From: an uncultured bacterium
GTDB lineage: Bacteria > UBA8481
Reading direction: 5' to 3'
Assembly (NCBI GenBank): GCA_964499705.1
Contig: CAZCME010000012.1
Location: 1 to 64,000, forward strand
Length of the DNA stretch: 64,000 nt
Shown here: in pieces, positions 27,578 to 37,742 of the stretch
Position numbering within the stretch: the stretch's first letter is position 1
How the letters are laid out: the number at the start of each line of letters is the position of its first letter
The notes under the pieces: generated by a model
Told to the model about the DNA's origin: nothing
Seen by the model: only the letters and a program-made list of their open reading frames with translations
The model's database searches: none
Translations under genes and position numbers: made by a program

Positions 27578-30500
27578 ATGCCTGACATCTCTGAACGCTC
27601 ATTCGAGGAGACGATCGAGGCTGGACTCGTCTCGCCCGGCCGACGCGAAGGACATGCCGCGTGCTGGACCGCGCGCCGCGCCGAGGACTACGACCGGGCG
27701 CTCTGCCTCGTTCCCAAGGACGTCATCGACTTCATCACCTCCACCCAGCCCGAGATGTGGGAGAAACTGAAACAGCACCACGGCGCGGAGATCAAACCGC
27801 GGTTCCTTGCGCGGCTCTCGAAGGAAGTGGCCGATCGGGGCGTCCTCGAGGTTTTGCGGAACGGAGTGAAGGATCTCGGGTGCGACTTCAAGCTCGCGTA
27901 CTTCCGCCCCAACAGCGGCCTCAACTCCGACCTTCAGCGGCTCTATACCGCCAACGTCTTCTCAGTCATACGCCAACTGAAATACAATCCGGACTCCGAG
28001 CAGAGCCTCGACATGGCGCTCTTTCTGAACGGCCTTCCGCTCTTCACGGCCGAACTCAAGAACCCGCTTACGGGTCAGACGGTCGAGGACGCCATCAGCC
28101 AGTATCGGACTACGCGCGATCATCGCCTCTCCCTCTTCCGGTATCGCCGATGCCTCGCGCACTTCGCCGTCGATCCGAACCTCGTCTTCGTCACCACCAA
28201 GCTCCATGGCCCCACGACCCGCTTCCTCCCGTTCAACAAAGGTTGGAATGAGGCCGCGGGTAATCCTCCCGCCTCGATCAAGGGAGGTTACGCGACCGCG
28301 TATCTCTGGCAGGAGATCTGGGCTCGCGACTCGATCCTCGAACTCATCCAGCACTTCATCCACGAGGTCGCGGTCGAGGACGAGGATGGCCATCCGACCG
28401 GCGAGAAGGCCCTCCTCATTCCGCGCTATCACCAGCGCGACGCGGTGCGCGGGCTCGTCGCGGACGCTCGCGACCAGGGCGCGGGCGGGCGCTATCTCAT
28501 CCAGCACTCCGCAGGCTCGGGCAAGTCGAACACCATCGCCTGGCTCGCTCACCGCCTCTCGGTCCTCCACGACGCCCAGGATACCCGCGTCTTCGACTCG
28601 ATCATCGTCATCACCGATCGAAAGGTCCTCGACCGCCAGCTCCAGAAGACCGTTCTCGCGTTCCAGCAACGGCTCGGCATCGTCGAGAATATCGACACGA
28701 CCTCGAAGCAGTTGCAGGAGGCGCTCGAAACATCCAAGACGATCATAGTCTCGACGCTCCAAAAGTTCCCCGTCATCGCGGCCCGGATCGGCGAATTGCC
28801 GGGCAAGCGCTTCGCCGTGATCGTCGACGAGGCTCACTCCTCGCAGAGCGGCGAGTCGACTCGGAGCCTCAGGTCCGTGCTCTCGACCGACGACCTCGAG
28901 AAGGCTGAAAGGGAGGAAGAGAGAGCTCTGACTCCTGAAGAGGAGATGGAGGAGAAGATTCTTGAAGAGATCAAGAACCGAGGGCGGTTGAAGAACGTCT
29001 CGTGGTTCGCCTTCACCGCGACGCCCAAGCCCAAGACGCTCGAACTCTTCGGCATAAAGCAACCCGACGGCCGCTATGCGCCGTTCAGCCTCTACAGCAT
29101 GCGGCAGGCCATCGAGGAGAAGTTTATCCTCGACGTCCTCGCCAACTATACGACCTACACCGCCTACTGGCGGCTCCTGAAGACGATCAAGGACGACCCC
29201 TGCTACGACAAGGGGAAGGCGCAGTACTTGTTGAAGGAGTTCGTGGAGCTGCACCCGCACGCGATCGAGACGAAGGTCAAGATCATGCTCGATCACTTCA
29301 CTGCCTTCACAGCCCCCCGCATCGACGGACAGGCCAAAGCGATGGTGGTGACCCGCTCGCGCCTTCACGCGGTCCGATACAAGCGCGCCTTCGACAAGGC
29401 CCTGGCCGAGCGCAACCTCGATTGGAAAGCGCTCGTTGCGTTCTCGGATACGATCGCCGACGGTGGCCGCGACTATACCGAGGCGAACATGAACGGGTTC
29501 CCCGAGGCGCAGACGGCGCGGAACTTTCGGCGCCCCGAGTATCGGTTCTTGATCGTGGCCTGCAAATTTCAGACGGGATTCGACGAGCCGCTCCTTCATA
29601 CGATGTACATGGACAAGAAGCTCGGTGGTGTGAACTCGGTCCAGACGCTCTCGCGCCTCAACCGGACGCGACCCGGCAAGCAAGAGACGGCCATCCTCGA
29701 TTTTGTGAACGAGGCCGAGATGATCCGGAAGGACTTCGAACCTTACTACCGGACGACGATCCTCTCCGAGGGCACCGATCCGAACATCCTCTACGAGAAG
29801 GAGAATCGTGCTCTCGACTTCGGCGTCTTCGTGAAGAGCGACGTCGAGGCGTTTGGTCGCATCTACTTCGGGCGCTCGTCGACGCAGGGCAAGATCTACG
29901 CTGTCCTGAACCCGATCGTGGAGCGGTTCCGCGCGATCCCAAAGAAGGACCAGGCCGATCTACGCGGAGTCCTCCAGGATTTCGTCCGGCTTTACGCGTT
30001 CCTCTCCCAGATCGTCCCCTTCGCGGATCCCGACCTCGAGAAGTTCTACCAGTTTGCTCGTCTCCTGAAGCGGCTCATCCCGGTCGAGCGCGAGGCCCTG
30101 CCGCGCGAGATTCAGGAGAAGATCGACATGGAATCGTTCCGGCTGGCGATCACGCACAAGGGGCGCATCAAGCTCGAGGGAACGGGCGGCATGCTCGAAC
30201 CACAGATCGGGACGGGCCCGGCGACCGCGGACGTCGAGGAGATCGAGTATCTCTCGCGGATCATCACGGAACTGAACGATCGATTCGGACTCAACCTCGG
30301 TCCCGAGGATCGGATCACGATCGAGCAATTGATGAAACAGCTCGACGAGGACAAATCGCTCGACGCCGTGGCGCGCGTCAATCCACGCGAAAAGGCGCGT
30401 CTCTCGTTCGACCACAAGGTCGAGGGCGCTCTGCAGGAGATCGTGGACTCGAACGTGGCGCTCTATAAGCGCCTGACAGAGGACTTGACTTTCGGCGAGG

Positions 30501-31051
30501 CATTGAAGTCGATGCTCTTTGATGGCTTCATGCGAAGCCGTCGGCAGGTGGATCAGCTTCTGAAGCAGATGGAGTCGCAGACGCTCGAGTTCAAGTCATC
30601 GCTTCGCTGGGACGTGAAGCAGGCGAAGCGCGACGAGGTTGTGATCCCACACGGCGTTTTGAAGACGATTGCGGCCTTTCTGAACACGGAGGGAGGGGAT
30701 CTGCTGATTGGCGTGGACGATGACCGGAAAGCGGTCGGGATCGAGCAGGACGGCTACGAGAACGAGGACGAGTTCATGCGGAGCCTCATCCAGTATGTGC
30801 AGAACGGCATGGGAAAACTGGCCGGCACCTGCCTGGACACGATCATTCAGGTCGTTGAGGGCAAGGCTGTGTGTCTCGTCTCTTGCCGCCGCAGTCCCGA
30901 GCCGGTCTGGCTGACATGGAAGAAGCGGGAGAAGTTGGAGGCCGTCGTGCCCGTCGAGGCGGCGTTCTATGTCCGGTCGGGGCCTCGAACCGATGCGCTC
31001 ACTGCCGAGGACGCGGAGAAATACATCGCGATGAGGTGGAAGAGGGAGTAG
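27578..31051 (+). CDS. hsdR: Type I RM restriction subunit with C-terminal Schlafen/AlbA_2 domain
   Basis: LDMALFLNGLP..TAELKN nuclease motif; QHSAGSGKS; DEAH; FTATP; QTGFD; QTLSRLNR. Tail ESQTLEFKSS...KTIAAFLNTEGGDLLIGVDDD...FYVRSG. Confidence 0.95.
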   Translation: MPDISERSFEETIEAGLVSPGRREGHAACWTARRAEDYDRALCLVPKDVIDFITSTQPEMWEKLKQHHGAEIKPRFLARLSKEVADRGVLEVLRNGVKDLGCDFKLAYFRPNSGLNSDLQRLYTANVFSVIRQLKYNPDSEQSLDMALFLNGLPLFTAELKNPLTGQTVEDAISQYRTTRDHRLSLFRYRRCLAHFAVDPNLVFVTTKLHGPTTRFLPFNKGWNEAAGNPPASIKGGYATAYLWQEIWARDSILELIQHFIHEVAVEDEDGHPTGEKALLIPRYHQRDAVRGLVADARDQGAGGRYLIQHSAGSGKSNTIAWLAHRLSVLHDAQDTRVFDSIIVITDRKVLDRQLQKTVLAFQQRLGIVENIDTTSKQLQEALETSKTIIVSTLQKFPVIAARIGELPGKRFAVIVDEAHSSQSGESTRSLRSVLSTDDLEKAEREEERALTPEEEMEEKILEEIKNRGRLKNVSWFAFTATPKPKTLELFGIKQPDGRYAPFSLYSMRQAIEEKFILDVLANYTTYTAYWRLLKTIKDDPCYDKGKAQYLLKEFVELHPHAIETKVKIMLDHFTAFTAPRIDGQAKAMVVTRSRLHAVRYKRAFDKALAERNLDWKALVAFSDTIADGGRDYTEANMNGFPEAQTARNFRRPEYRFLIVACKFQTGFDEPLLHTMYMDKKLGGVNSVQTLSRLNRTRPGKQETAILDFVNEAEMIRKDFEPYYRTTILSEGTDPNILYEKENRALDFGVFVKSDVEAFGRIYFGRSSTQGKIYAVLNPIVERFRAIPKKDQADLRGVLQDFVRLYAFLSQIVPFADPDLEKFYQFARLLKRLIPVEREALPREIQEKIDMESFRLAITHKGRIKLEGTGGMLEPQIGTGPATADVEEIEYLSRIITELNDRFGLNLGPEDRITIEQLMKQLDEDKSLDAVARVNPREKARLSFDHKVEGALQEIVDSNVALYKRLTEDLTFGEALKSMLFDGFMRSRRQVDQLLKQMESQTLEFKSSLRWDVKQAKRDEVVIPHGVLKTIAAFLNTEGGDLLIGVDDDRKAVGIEQDGYENEDEFMRSLIQYVQNGMGKLAGTCLDTIIQVVEGKAVCLVSCRRSPEPVWLTWKKREKLEAVVPVEAAFYVRSGPRTDALTAEDAEKYIAMRWKRE

Positions 31052-31093
31052 GAAGGCCTTGTGCGCGATGCTGTCCTGAACTAGATTTCACTC

Positions 31094-31336
31094 ATGAGCG
31101 AAGAGATGGAACAGGAACTGGAACGGCTGCGCGCCGAGAATGCGGCCTTGAAGCAATCGACGACAAAAGGGATCTTCCTGAAGGTCAGCGAGAAGGGCGG
31201 CGTGTCGCTGTACGGCATGGGTCGATTTCCGGTCACGCTCTACAAGGAACAGTGGCTGAAGATACTCGATATGGCCGAGGAGATCCGTACCTTCATCAGA
31301 ACGAACGACGGGCGCCTCAAGACAAAAGAGAAGTAA
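31094..31336 (+). CDS. Small conserved hypothetical protein (coiled coil plus KVSEKG..S.YG.GRFPVTLY.EQW)
   Basis: Motif I recognise from conserved hypothetical proteins; own promoter-like TTGTGC-17-TAGATT. Confidence 0.75.
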   Translation: MSEEMEQELERLRAENAALKQSTTKGIFLKVSEKGGVSLYGMGRFPVTLYKEQWLKILDMAEEIRTFIRTNDGRLKTKEK

Positions 31337-31709
31337 CCTCCCGTCTCGCATAGCGCTCGATCATTTCCGCGACATGGTCCAGGTCGAAGGGTTTCATGAC
31401 CAGGGCCTCTGCTCCTGCCGCCAGCGCCTTGTCATGATATTCCTTCAGGGGCGACGCCGTGATCATGATGACGGGAATGTTCCTGCAGCGGGCATCCTCC
31501 TTCAGGCGCCGGCAGAGTTCCCATCCGTCCATCCTCGGCATCAGGACGTCCGCGAAGATGATCGCCGGCTTCTCCACGATCGCGCGCTCGATCGCCTCGG
31601 TTCCGCTCCCGCAGCCGAGGACATGGTAGCCGCGCCCTTCGAGCACCATCGAAAGGCAGTAGAGCAGATCGTCCTCATCGTCCACGATCATGACGCGCTC
31701 CCCGCTCAT
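31317..31709 (-). CDS. Single-domain response regulator
   Basis: VMIVDDE...ADVLMPRMDG...MITA...KPF. Confidence 0.93.
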   Translation of the reverse strand: MSGERVMIVDDEDDLLYCLSMVLEGRGYHVLGCGSGTEAIERAIVEKPAIIFADVLMPRMDGWELCRRLKEDARCRNIPVIMITASPLKEYHDKALAAGAEALVMKPFDLDHVAEMIERYARREVTSLLS

Positions 31710-33658
31710 GACGATCCGACCGCCGCGGAAAGTTGCCGGGGGGCCTGCATATTTTCCTGCGCCTCGAGATCCGGCACCGACACGACGAACCTCACTCCCC
31801 CGTCGAAGTTCTCCGCCTCGATCGTGCCGCCGTGCAATTCAACATCCCGCCTGCAGATCGCCAGTCCCAGTCCCACTCCCTTGTAGCCTTTTCCGCCGAC
31901 GGGTCGGCGCGCCTGGTGGAACTTGTCGAAGATCGCCGCTCGTTCATGCTCCGGGACCTCAGGACCGTCGTTCCAGACCTCGATGCGAACTCCCCTGTTT
32001 TCCCCGCGCATCACGGCGACGCGAATGCGGGCACGGGCGAATCGCAGCGCGTTGTCGATGAGATTCGTCAGGACCTGCGTCATGAGTTCTTCGTCGCCGC
32101 GCATCCTGATTTCGCCGGGATCGGATTCCAGACGGAGCGCAATCTCCTGGTCCCGGGACGAGACGGCGAAATTTTCGACCACGTGCGAAGCCGTCACGGC
32201 GACATCGAATTCCTCCCTGTTCAACTGCACGGCATCGGACTCCAGGCGCGACAGGTCGAGGAGATTCCTGATGACGGACGTGAGCCTCTTGAGGTTGCGC
32301 TTCCAGATCTCGGCGAGCTTCCGGCGTTTTTCGTCCGTCGCATCGATCGAAGAACCGTCCTCGGTCATCGCGAATCCTTCCGAGGTCACCTGGAGGATGG
32401 CCAGGGGCGTGCGAATCTCGTGCGAAACCATGCCGAGAAATTCGTTCTTCAGCCGTTCCGTGCGCATGCGCTCCAATTCGGCGGCCGTGCGCGCCGCGAA
32501 GATGGTGACGATCGATTCGAGAAATGTCCGGTCCTCCACCGGCCCTGTCCTGAAGAGTACGATCGCGCCGAGCGCCTCGTTGGCGCCGGTGACAAGCGGC
32601 ACGGCGAACCCGTCCTGTTCTCCGAACACCTGGAGCACCGGGTCCTCCTCGTAACGCGTCCGGGCATCCTTTAGAAAAATGGGAATTCGAGCCTGCAATA
32701 TCCGTTCGAACATCGTTCCGCGCGTCGACCACTCCTTCGGCCATATCCTCTCGTCGCGGCACCAGGCTCCGCACAAGCGCCCGCGAGATTCGGATGCCTC
32801 CGGGATTTCCCAGACCGCCACCGCTTCGACTTCGAGAAGCTCGCCGAGAAGTTGCGCCAGCCTGCGGCAGAAATCGTCGCCCGTCAGCGGCGAAGTCCCC
32901 GCGAGAATCTTCTCCAGGATCACGCGTCCCCGCCGGATATCCGCGTCACGCTCCTCGATCCGGTCCAGCATGGAATTGAATCCTGCGATGAGCTGGCCGA
33001 TTTCGTCCTGCACGGTGAAGTCCGGAGCGCGCAGCGAATAATCGTTCCGCCGCGAAACCGCGCGCATCGTATCGTTCAGCCGGAGAAGCGGGGTGGTCAG
33101 GATGCGGAAGAGGCGGCTCGCCAGGTAGGAGGAGATGAGGAAGGAAGAGGCGGCGATGACGACGATGACGGCCGCTCCGAAAAAAATGCGGTCCCAGAAT
33201 TGATCCAGGCTCGCCTGGAGATAAACCGTGCCGATCCGCTCCGAGGCCAGGATCACGGGGGCCGCGACGAAGAGGGATTGCGCGTCATAGAGATACCGGC
33301 TCGCGCCCATGATCTCGATCGGCGGCGGTTCGCCCCCGGATGCTCCGTACACCGCGAAGGGAACTCCGTCCGGCGTCGTCACCCAGGCGGCGTGAATCTC
33401 CGGCATGGAGACGATCGATTCGAGCGCCTCGCTCGCGGCCTCGGGATCGTGAAACGCGAGCGGAGCGGCGCAGTTATGCGCGAGGAGATCCGCGACGCCG
33501 CCAATGGCGCGCGGCATCTCGTACCGCAGCGAACGGTATTCGTGAACCAGGAGACCGACGGACGTCAAGGCCAGGGCGACCACCACGGTGCCCGCGGCGG
33601 ACAGGACGAATTTTCGCTCCAGACCGAGACGCGGAAACCGCGCGTGGAGCGGCTTCAT
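31706..33658 (-). CDS. Membrane sensor histidine kinase (periplasmic sensor-HAMP-GAF-HisKA-HATPase)
   Basis: 2 TM; DEIGQLIAGFNSML HAMP; SHEIRTPL; NLIDNA; GVGLGL. Confidence 0.92.
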   Translation of the reverse strand: MKPLHARFPRLGLERKFVLSAAGTVVVALALTSVGLLVHEYRSLRYEMPRAIGGVADLLAHNCAAPLAFHDPEAASEALESIVSMPEIHAAWVTTPDGVPFAVYGASGGEPPPIEIMGASRYLYDAQSLFVAAPVILASERIGTVYLQASLDQFWDRIFFGAAVIVVIAASSFLISSYLASRLFRILTTPLLRLNDTMRAVSRRNDYSLRAPDFTVQDEIGQLIAGFNSMLDRIEERDADIRRGRVILEKILAGTSPLTGDDFCRRLAQLLGELLEVEAVAVWEIPEASESRGRLCGAWCRDERIWPKEWSTRGTMFERILQARIPIFLKDARTRYEEDPVLQVFGEQDGFAVPLVTGANEALGAIVLFRTGPVEDRTFLESIVTIFAARTAAELERMRTERLKNEFLGMVSHEIRTPLAILQVTSEGFAMTEDGSSIDATDEKRRKLAEIWKRNLKRLTSVIRNLLDLSRLESDAVQLNREEFDVAVTASHVVENFAVSSRDQEIALRLESDPGEIRMRGDEELMTQVLTNLIDNALRFARARIRVAVMRGENRGVRIEVWNDGPEVPEHERAAIFDKFHQARRPVGGKGYKGVGLGLAICRRDVELHGGTIEAENFDGGVRFVVSVPDLEAQENMQAPRQLSAAVGSS

Positions 33659-33673
33659 GGCGAATCCATCTCT

Positions 33674-34237
33674 TCAGCGCGCATGAGGATACACCTGCGC
33701 GAGCTGGAGCAACTGCGAGCGGACCTTGAGCCCGGACTTCTCGCAGGCGGCCGGATTGATCTCGAAGCGCACCTTCTGATTCCGGAGGAAGAAGCGGATT
33801 CCGCCTCCTCGCTCGCAGAAACGCGGCTGATCCGAGATCGTCAGCATGCCGCGAAATCGCGCGAGCTCGGTATCGGTCGTTTCCCGTTCCACGGAAGCGG
33901 AGATGTAAAGAAGATCGCAGCTCGTGACATCGGTCCACGATGCGAAGCGCCTGACGCCGATTTTACGGTCACCGACCAGCTGGCCATTCATGATGGCGTC
34001 AAGCGCCGGGCCGAAGGGATCCTTGCCGACGACTCCGACGATGAACGGCGCGGTCGCGGCCGGACCGGATGGAGGTTCAGGCCAGGTCACGAACCGCGTG
34101 AACTGCAGGAGGAAAGCGGCCTTGATTCCGTATTCCTGGCGGGTCTCGGCGAGGACGCGGGACGCCGCAAGCGCGAACAGGATCATCACCATCACGGCCG
34201 CACATCCGCGGCGCCGACGCCTCTTCAGAACATCCAT
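33674..34237 (-). CDS. YfiR family (DUF4154) periplasmic protein
   Basis: EYGIKAAFLLQFTRFVTWP...GVVGKDPFG...GGGIRF...VRFEIN...SQLLQLA. Confidence 0.9.
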   Translation of the reverse strand: MDVLKRRRRRGCAAVMVMILFALAASRVLAETRQEYGIKAAFLLQFTRFVTWPEPPSGPAATAPFIVGVVGKDPFGPALDAIMNGQLVGDRKIGVRRFASWTDVTSCDLLYISASVERETTDTELARFRGMLTISDQPRFCERGGGIRFFLRNQKVRFEINPAACEKSGLKVRSQLLQLAQVYPHAR

Positions 34238-36303
34238 GTGACTTGTCCGGCGATGTTCCTCCGGATCTCCACGGGAGAGGTGAAGAATCCGAAGACTCCG
34301 GTCCCGAATTCCCGATGCGACGCATCCAGGAGATTCTGGCCGATGAGACTGAGTTCGAGACCGGAGCGAGGTTGCCACGCGAGGCGGGCGTCAAACCGGA
34401 GGTAGTGGGGAATCCGTTGAGTGCGGAGGTTGTCGACAAAGTAGGCGCCCCAGTCGAGGGAGATATTGCGGGGGAGATCGAGATAGGATCGGATCTGGAA
34501 CTGCTGCTGGGGGACATTGCCTTCCTGGTTCTCGGGATTGACCGCCGTGCTTCCCGGCTGCTGGTGCAATTGCATGAGGAGAAGAGAATACGATCCCCGC
34601 AGCCGCCAGCGGGGGCTCACATCCCAGTTCACCACGGCCTCGCCGCCGTACACTTCGCCATCCATGCGATTCTCCGCGACGACGGGAACAACAAGATGCG
34701 TCGGCGCCTCCAGCGTCATGGCCTTCACTTCGTTCGTCGCCAGGTTGTCGTACACATTGTAGAAACCGGCGAGATCGACGGAGCCCTGCTCGCCGACACG
34801 CCCGCGATACCCGGCCTCGAACGAGAGCAGATCCTCGGACTTCACGTCCCTGTTTCCGAAGAACGATTGCAGGACCACGGGCGCCGCGAAGGGAGGCGAC
34901 GGGACGGGCGACGCCGCGATATTCACGCGGACATCCTCAAGTGCGCGCGATGGAATCCGCACCGCGCGGGAGACGGCGGACCAGAAGACGTGACGCTCCG
35001 CGGGTTGCCACAAGAGCCGGGCCGTCGGCTGAATCTCGAATCCGGTGTAATCGTTCTCCTCCACCTTCGTTCCGAGGGTCAGCCTGAGCGTCTCGGGCCG
35101 GAGGTGAATTTCATCCTGGATGAATCCATGCTTCAGGTCGTCGTTGCGCTCGGCCGGCGAGAACGAGAGATCGAACGTATTGTCGAGATGATCGCGCGTG
35201 TAACGATAGCCCGCGCCCCAGGTGAAGTGGTGGATGCCGATCGGAGCGAGATCGTGCTGCAGTTCGAGATCGAAGAGGTCGCGCCGCTCCGCGACGACAC
35301 CCGTGCGACGCTCCGTCCGGTCGTAATAACCGCGCATCTGCAGGCGCGCGGCCGATTCGAAGGTGCGCGTCCAGTGCCCGGCGACGTTGCCACCCCTGGC
35401 GCGCTGATCGTTCTCGATCAAGCGGGAGAAGGGCGCGGAAAGCGTCGGCCCCCGGAAGGGATCGCTCTTGTCGGAGATGTCGTAGATGTCTCCCTGAAAT
35501 GTGAACTCATCGCGCTCGGTGAGATTCCAGTCCGAGCGGAATCCGCCCTTCTCGCCGTTCCACTCGTCGCGCGTCCTCCTGCCGCGGCCGTCTTCACCGT
35601 TCCTGACGTCGATCCTCTCCGCGTAAGCGCGCCATGTTCCATTCGCACCGAGCCGGCCGCCGTAACGGAGATGACCGTTGGCGCCTTCGGCGGAGCCGCC
35701 ACCAGCCGTCACGAGCCCGCCCAAAGTTTCGGCGCTCGACTTTGTTATGATATTGATCACGCCGTTCACCGCGTTGGAACCCCAGAGCGAGCCGCCGGGA
35801 CCGCGGACCACCTCGATCCGCTCGATATTTTCCACGGGCACGGATTGCACGTCCCACCAGACGCCCGAGAAAAGCGGAGTGTAGACGCTGCGGCCGTCGA
35901 TGAGGACGAGGAGCTTGTTGGCGAAGCGGTCATTGAATCCGCGCGAGGAGATGGCCCACATGTTCGCGTCGATGCGCGCGACCTGCATGCCCGGAACAAG
36001 TCTCAGGAGTTCCGGAATGCTTCTCATTCCCGACCGGCGGATATCATCGGACGTGATGACGAAAACAGCGGCGGAAGCCTCGTGGAGGGGCTCCGCATGC
36101 TTTGCGGCGATTTCCACATCGATGTCCATCAGCTCCTCGATGGAGAGATGCGTCAGTTCAAGAAGTTCGTTCGACGGCCGGGAAGAGTCCTGCGCGAATG
36201 CGGGAGAAACGGCCTGAAGGAGGTAAAGGAAAACGGAAATACAACATGTGCGGCACCGAGGTATCCGCGCGCGACCAGGATTTTCTATCGGATAGTCCCC
36301 CAT
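34225..36303 (-). CDS. TonB-dependent receptor
   Basis: LSIEELMDIDV; plug ELLRLVPG, LVLIDGR, IERIEVVRGPGGSLWGSNAVNGVINIITK; C-terminal Phe. Start uncertain. Confidence 0.93.
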   Translation of the reverse strand: MGDYPIENPGRARIPRCRTCCISVFLYLLQAVSPAFAQDSSRPSNELLELTHLSIEELMDIDVEIAAKHAEPLHEASAAVFVITSDDIRRSGMRSIPELLRLVPGMQVARIDANMWAISSRGFNDRFANKLLVLIDGRSVYTPLFSGVWWDVQSVPVENIERIEVVRGPGGSLWGSNAVNGVINIITKSSAETLGGLVTAGGGSAEGANGHLRYGGRLGANGTWRAYAERIDVRNGEDGRGRRTRDEWNGEKGGFRSDWNLTERDEFTFQGDIYDISDKSDPFRGPTLSAPFSRLIENDQRARGGNVAGHWTRTFESAARLQMRGYYDRTERRTGVVAERRDLFDLELQHDLAPIGIHHFTWGAGYRYTRDHLDNTFDLSFSPAERNDDLKHGFIQDEIHLRPETLRLTLGTKVEENDYTGFEIQPTARLLWQPAERHVFWSAVSRAVRIPSRALEDVRVNIAASPVPSPPFAAPVVLQSFFGNRDVKSEDLLSFEAGYRGRVGEQGSVDLAGFYNVYDNLATNEVKAMTLEAPTHLVVPVVAENRMDGEVYGGEAVVNWDVSPRWRLRGSYSLLLMQLHQQPGSTAVNPENQEGNVPQQQFQIRSYLDLPRNISLDWGAYFVDNLRTQRIPHYLRFDARLAWQPRSGLELSLIGQNLLDASHREFGTGVFGFFTSPVEIRRNIAGQVTWMF

Positions 36304-36382
36304 GCTCAGCGTCTTCCATTGTAGTCGATACAGCGCGTCGATAACAAGGGGTGTGAAGCACAAACCAATTACAAGAAGGCTT

Positions 36383-36415
36383 AAAGAAGAGCGACAGGTA
36401 TCTCGCCTGTCGCTC
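36383..36415 (-). terminator. Intrinsic terminator of the nitrate transport operon
   Basis: GAGCGACAGG-7 nt-CCTGTCGCTC followed by TTCTTT on the minus strand. Confidence 0.7.
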
Positions 36416-36443
36416 CTTCTTCGTTATGCGGATCGCATTCTCT

Positions 36444-37742
36444 TCAGAAGAACATCCTCGACTGGAGATACCAGAACTGGGCGTTCTCCTTCTGATTGCT
36501 GGCGGTCATCACCTGGTCGCCCAGCAGGATGGAATAGCCCGCCAGGAAATCCATATGGTCGCGATACTTGTGCTTGATGGTCACATCGATTTCATCCCCG
36601 ATATTCTCGCTCGTGAATGTCCTCGCCGCCCGGACGACTCCTCCGAAGGCGTTGCGCCATGCATCGGCCGGGGTGTTGAGACGGAAGATGTGATAATCGG
36701 CGGCGACGGTGGTGGAAGCCCAGGGCTTGAAGCTGATTCCGGCGCGGTAATTCTCGAGGTTGCTCCACTGGAAAAAATCGGCGTAGCCGTAGAACTTGTG
36801 ATTCGTCGGGTAGAGATTGTCGAATCCCTCGCGCTTGCCGTCCGTCGCGTTCTTGTCGCCGGTCGCCCAGTTTCCTTCGAGGCTCACGGTGACATCGTGC
36901 TTCGCCATGAGCCGATACGCGCCCTGGACGTGAGCCGCCCACGCCTTGATGTCGTCCGAGGACTGCGTTCCGAACTGGATCGCGCCTTCGGCATCGAGCG
37001 TCAGATCCGGCGTCACTTTCCAGATGCCATATGCGCCGGCGGTGTATTGATCGAGCTTGCCGGTGTCGAAGGCGTTCCTTTCGGAGACAAAATTGCCGCG
37101 ACCGTCGCGCTTGTAGAAGATGTACGGCATGAAGGTCACGGGCGTGTCCTTGTATGTGCCCACGAGTCCGAAGAGATTCAGGTCGTTGTCATTGGCGTTC
37201 GACTCCGTAAGCGTCGCTCCGAAGAGATCGAAGGACATCTTCCCGACGGGCGCCGTGAACTTGACGGCGTCGAAGCTCCGGCCGACATTGCTCCAGTCGA
37301 GCGCGCCGATCAGGCGCTCCGATCCGTAGGACAGTTCCTGCCGGCCCACGCGCACGGCGGCGTTCGTGCCCCAGAGCTTGCGGACATCGAAGTATCCCTG
37401 CCGGAGATCGACAGAAGCGTCGTCGTTGACGGTGGAGGGTTCATCGCCGAACGTCCGCGCGTCCTGGAACTGGATGTAGGCGGATATGTCGTCGGTGGCG
37501 TCGAGCTTGAAGTTCACTCTTGTCCGGAGAAACGTGAAAGAATTTTCGTCGTCGCGCGTTTCGTTCAGGTCGAAATTCTGCCGGCTCTCCGTGCGAGCGC
37601 GGACTTCTCCGCCGATGGAGAGCTTGTCGGTTACGTTCTTCAACACGACGTCGGCTCCCGAGTCAGTCGTCACGGCGAATACTGCAATGAAAGCACACGC
37701 CAACCTGAATCCAGTTCCCCATCCCCTGTCATGCATGAGCAT
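36444..37742 (-). CDS. Alginate-export family outer-membrane porin
   Basis: Signal peptide; [47 protein letters not shown]-terminal FF. GAAGGAG precedes ATG 37742. Confidence 0.85.
   Translation of the reverse strand: MLMHDRGWGTGFRLACAFIAVFAVTTDSGADVVLKNVTDKLSIGGEVRARTESRQNFDLNETRDDENSFTFLRTRVNFKLDATDDISAYIQFQDARTFGDEPSTVNDDASVDLRQGYFDVRKLWGTNAAVRVGRQELSYGSERLIGALDWSNVGRSFDAVKFTAPVGKMSFDLFGATLTESNANDNDLNLFGLVGTYKDTPVTFMPYIFYKRDGRGNFVSERNAFDTGKLDQYTAGAYGIWKVTPDLTLDAEGAIQFGTQSSDDIKAWAAHVQGAYRLMAKHDVTVSLEGNWATGDKNATDGKREGFDNLYPTNHKFYGYADFFQWSNLENYRAGISFKPWASTTVAADYHIFRLNTPADAWRNAFGGVVRAARTFTSENIGDEIDVTIKHKYRDHMDFLAGYSILLGDQVMTASNQKENAQFWYLQSRMFF

Noticed and set aside
21630-31340. RM locus as an integrative mobile element
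   Set aside because: No integrase, transposase, tRNA or flanking direct repeats found by eye.
34243-36324. Long antisense ORFs (693 aa here; also 59191-61182, 8861-10516, 27962-29683 and others)
   Set aside because: Shadow frames opposite well-supported genes in high-GC DNA; no recognisable motifs.
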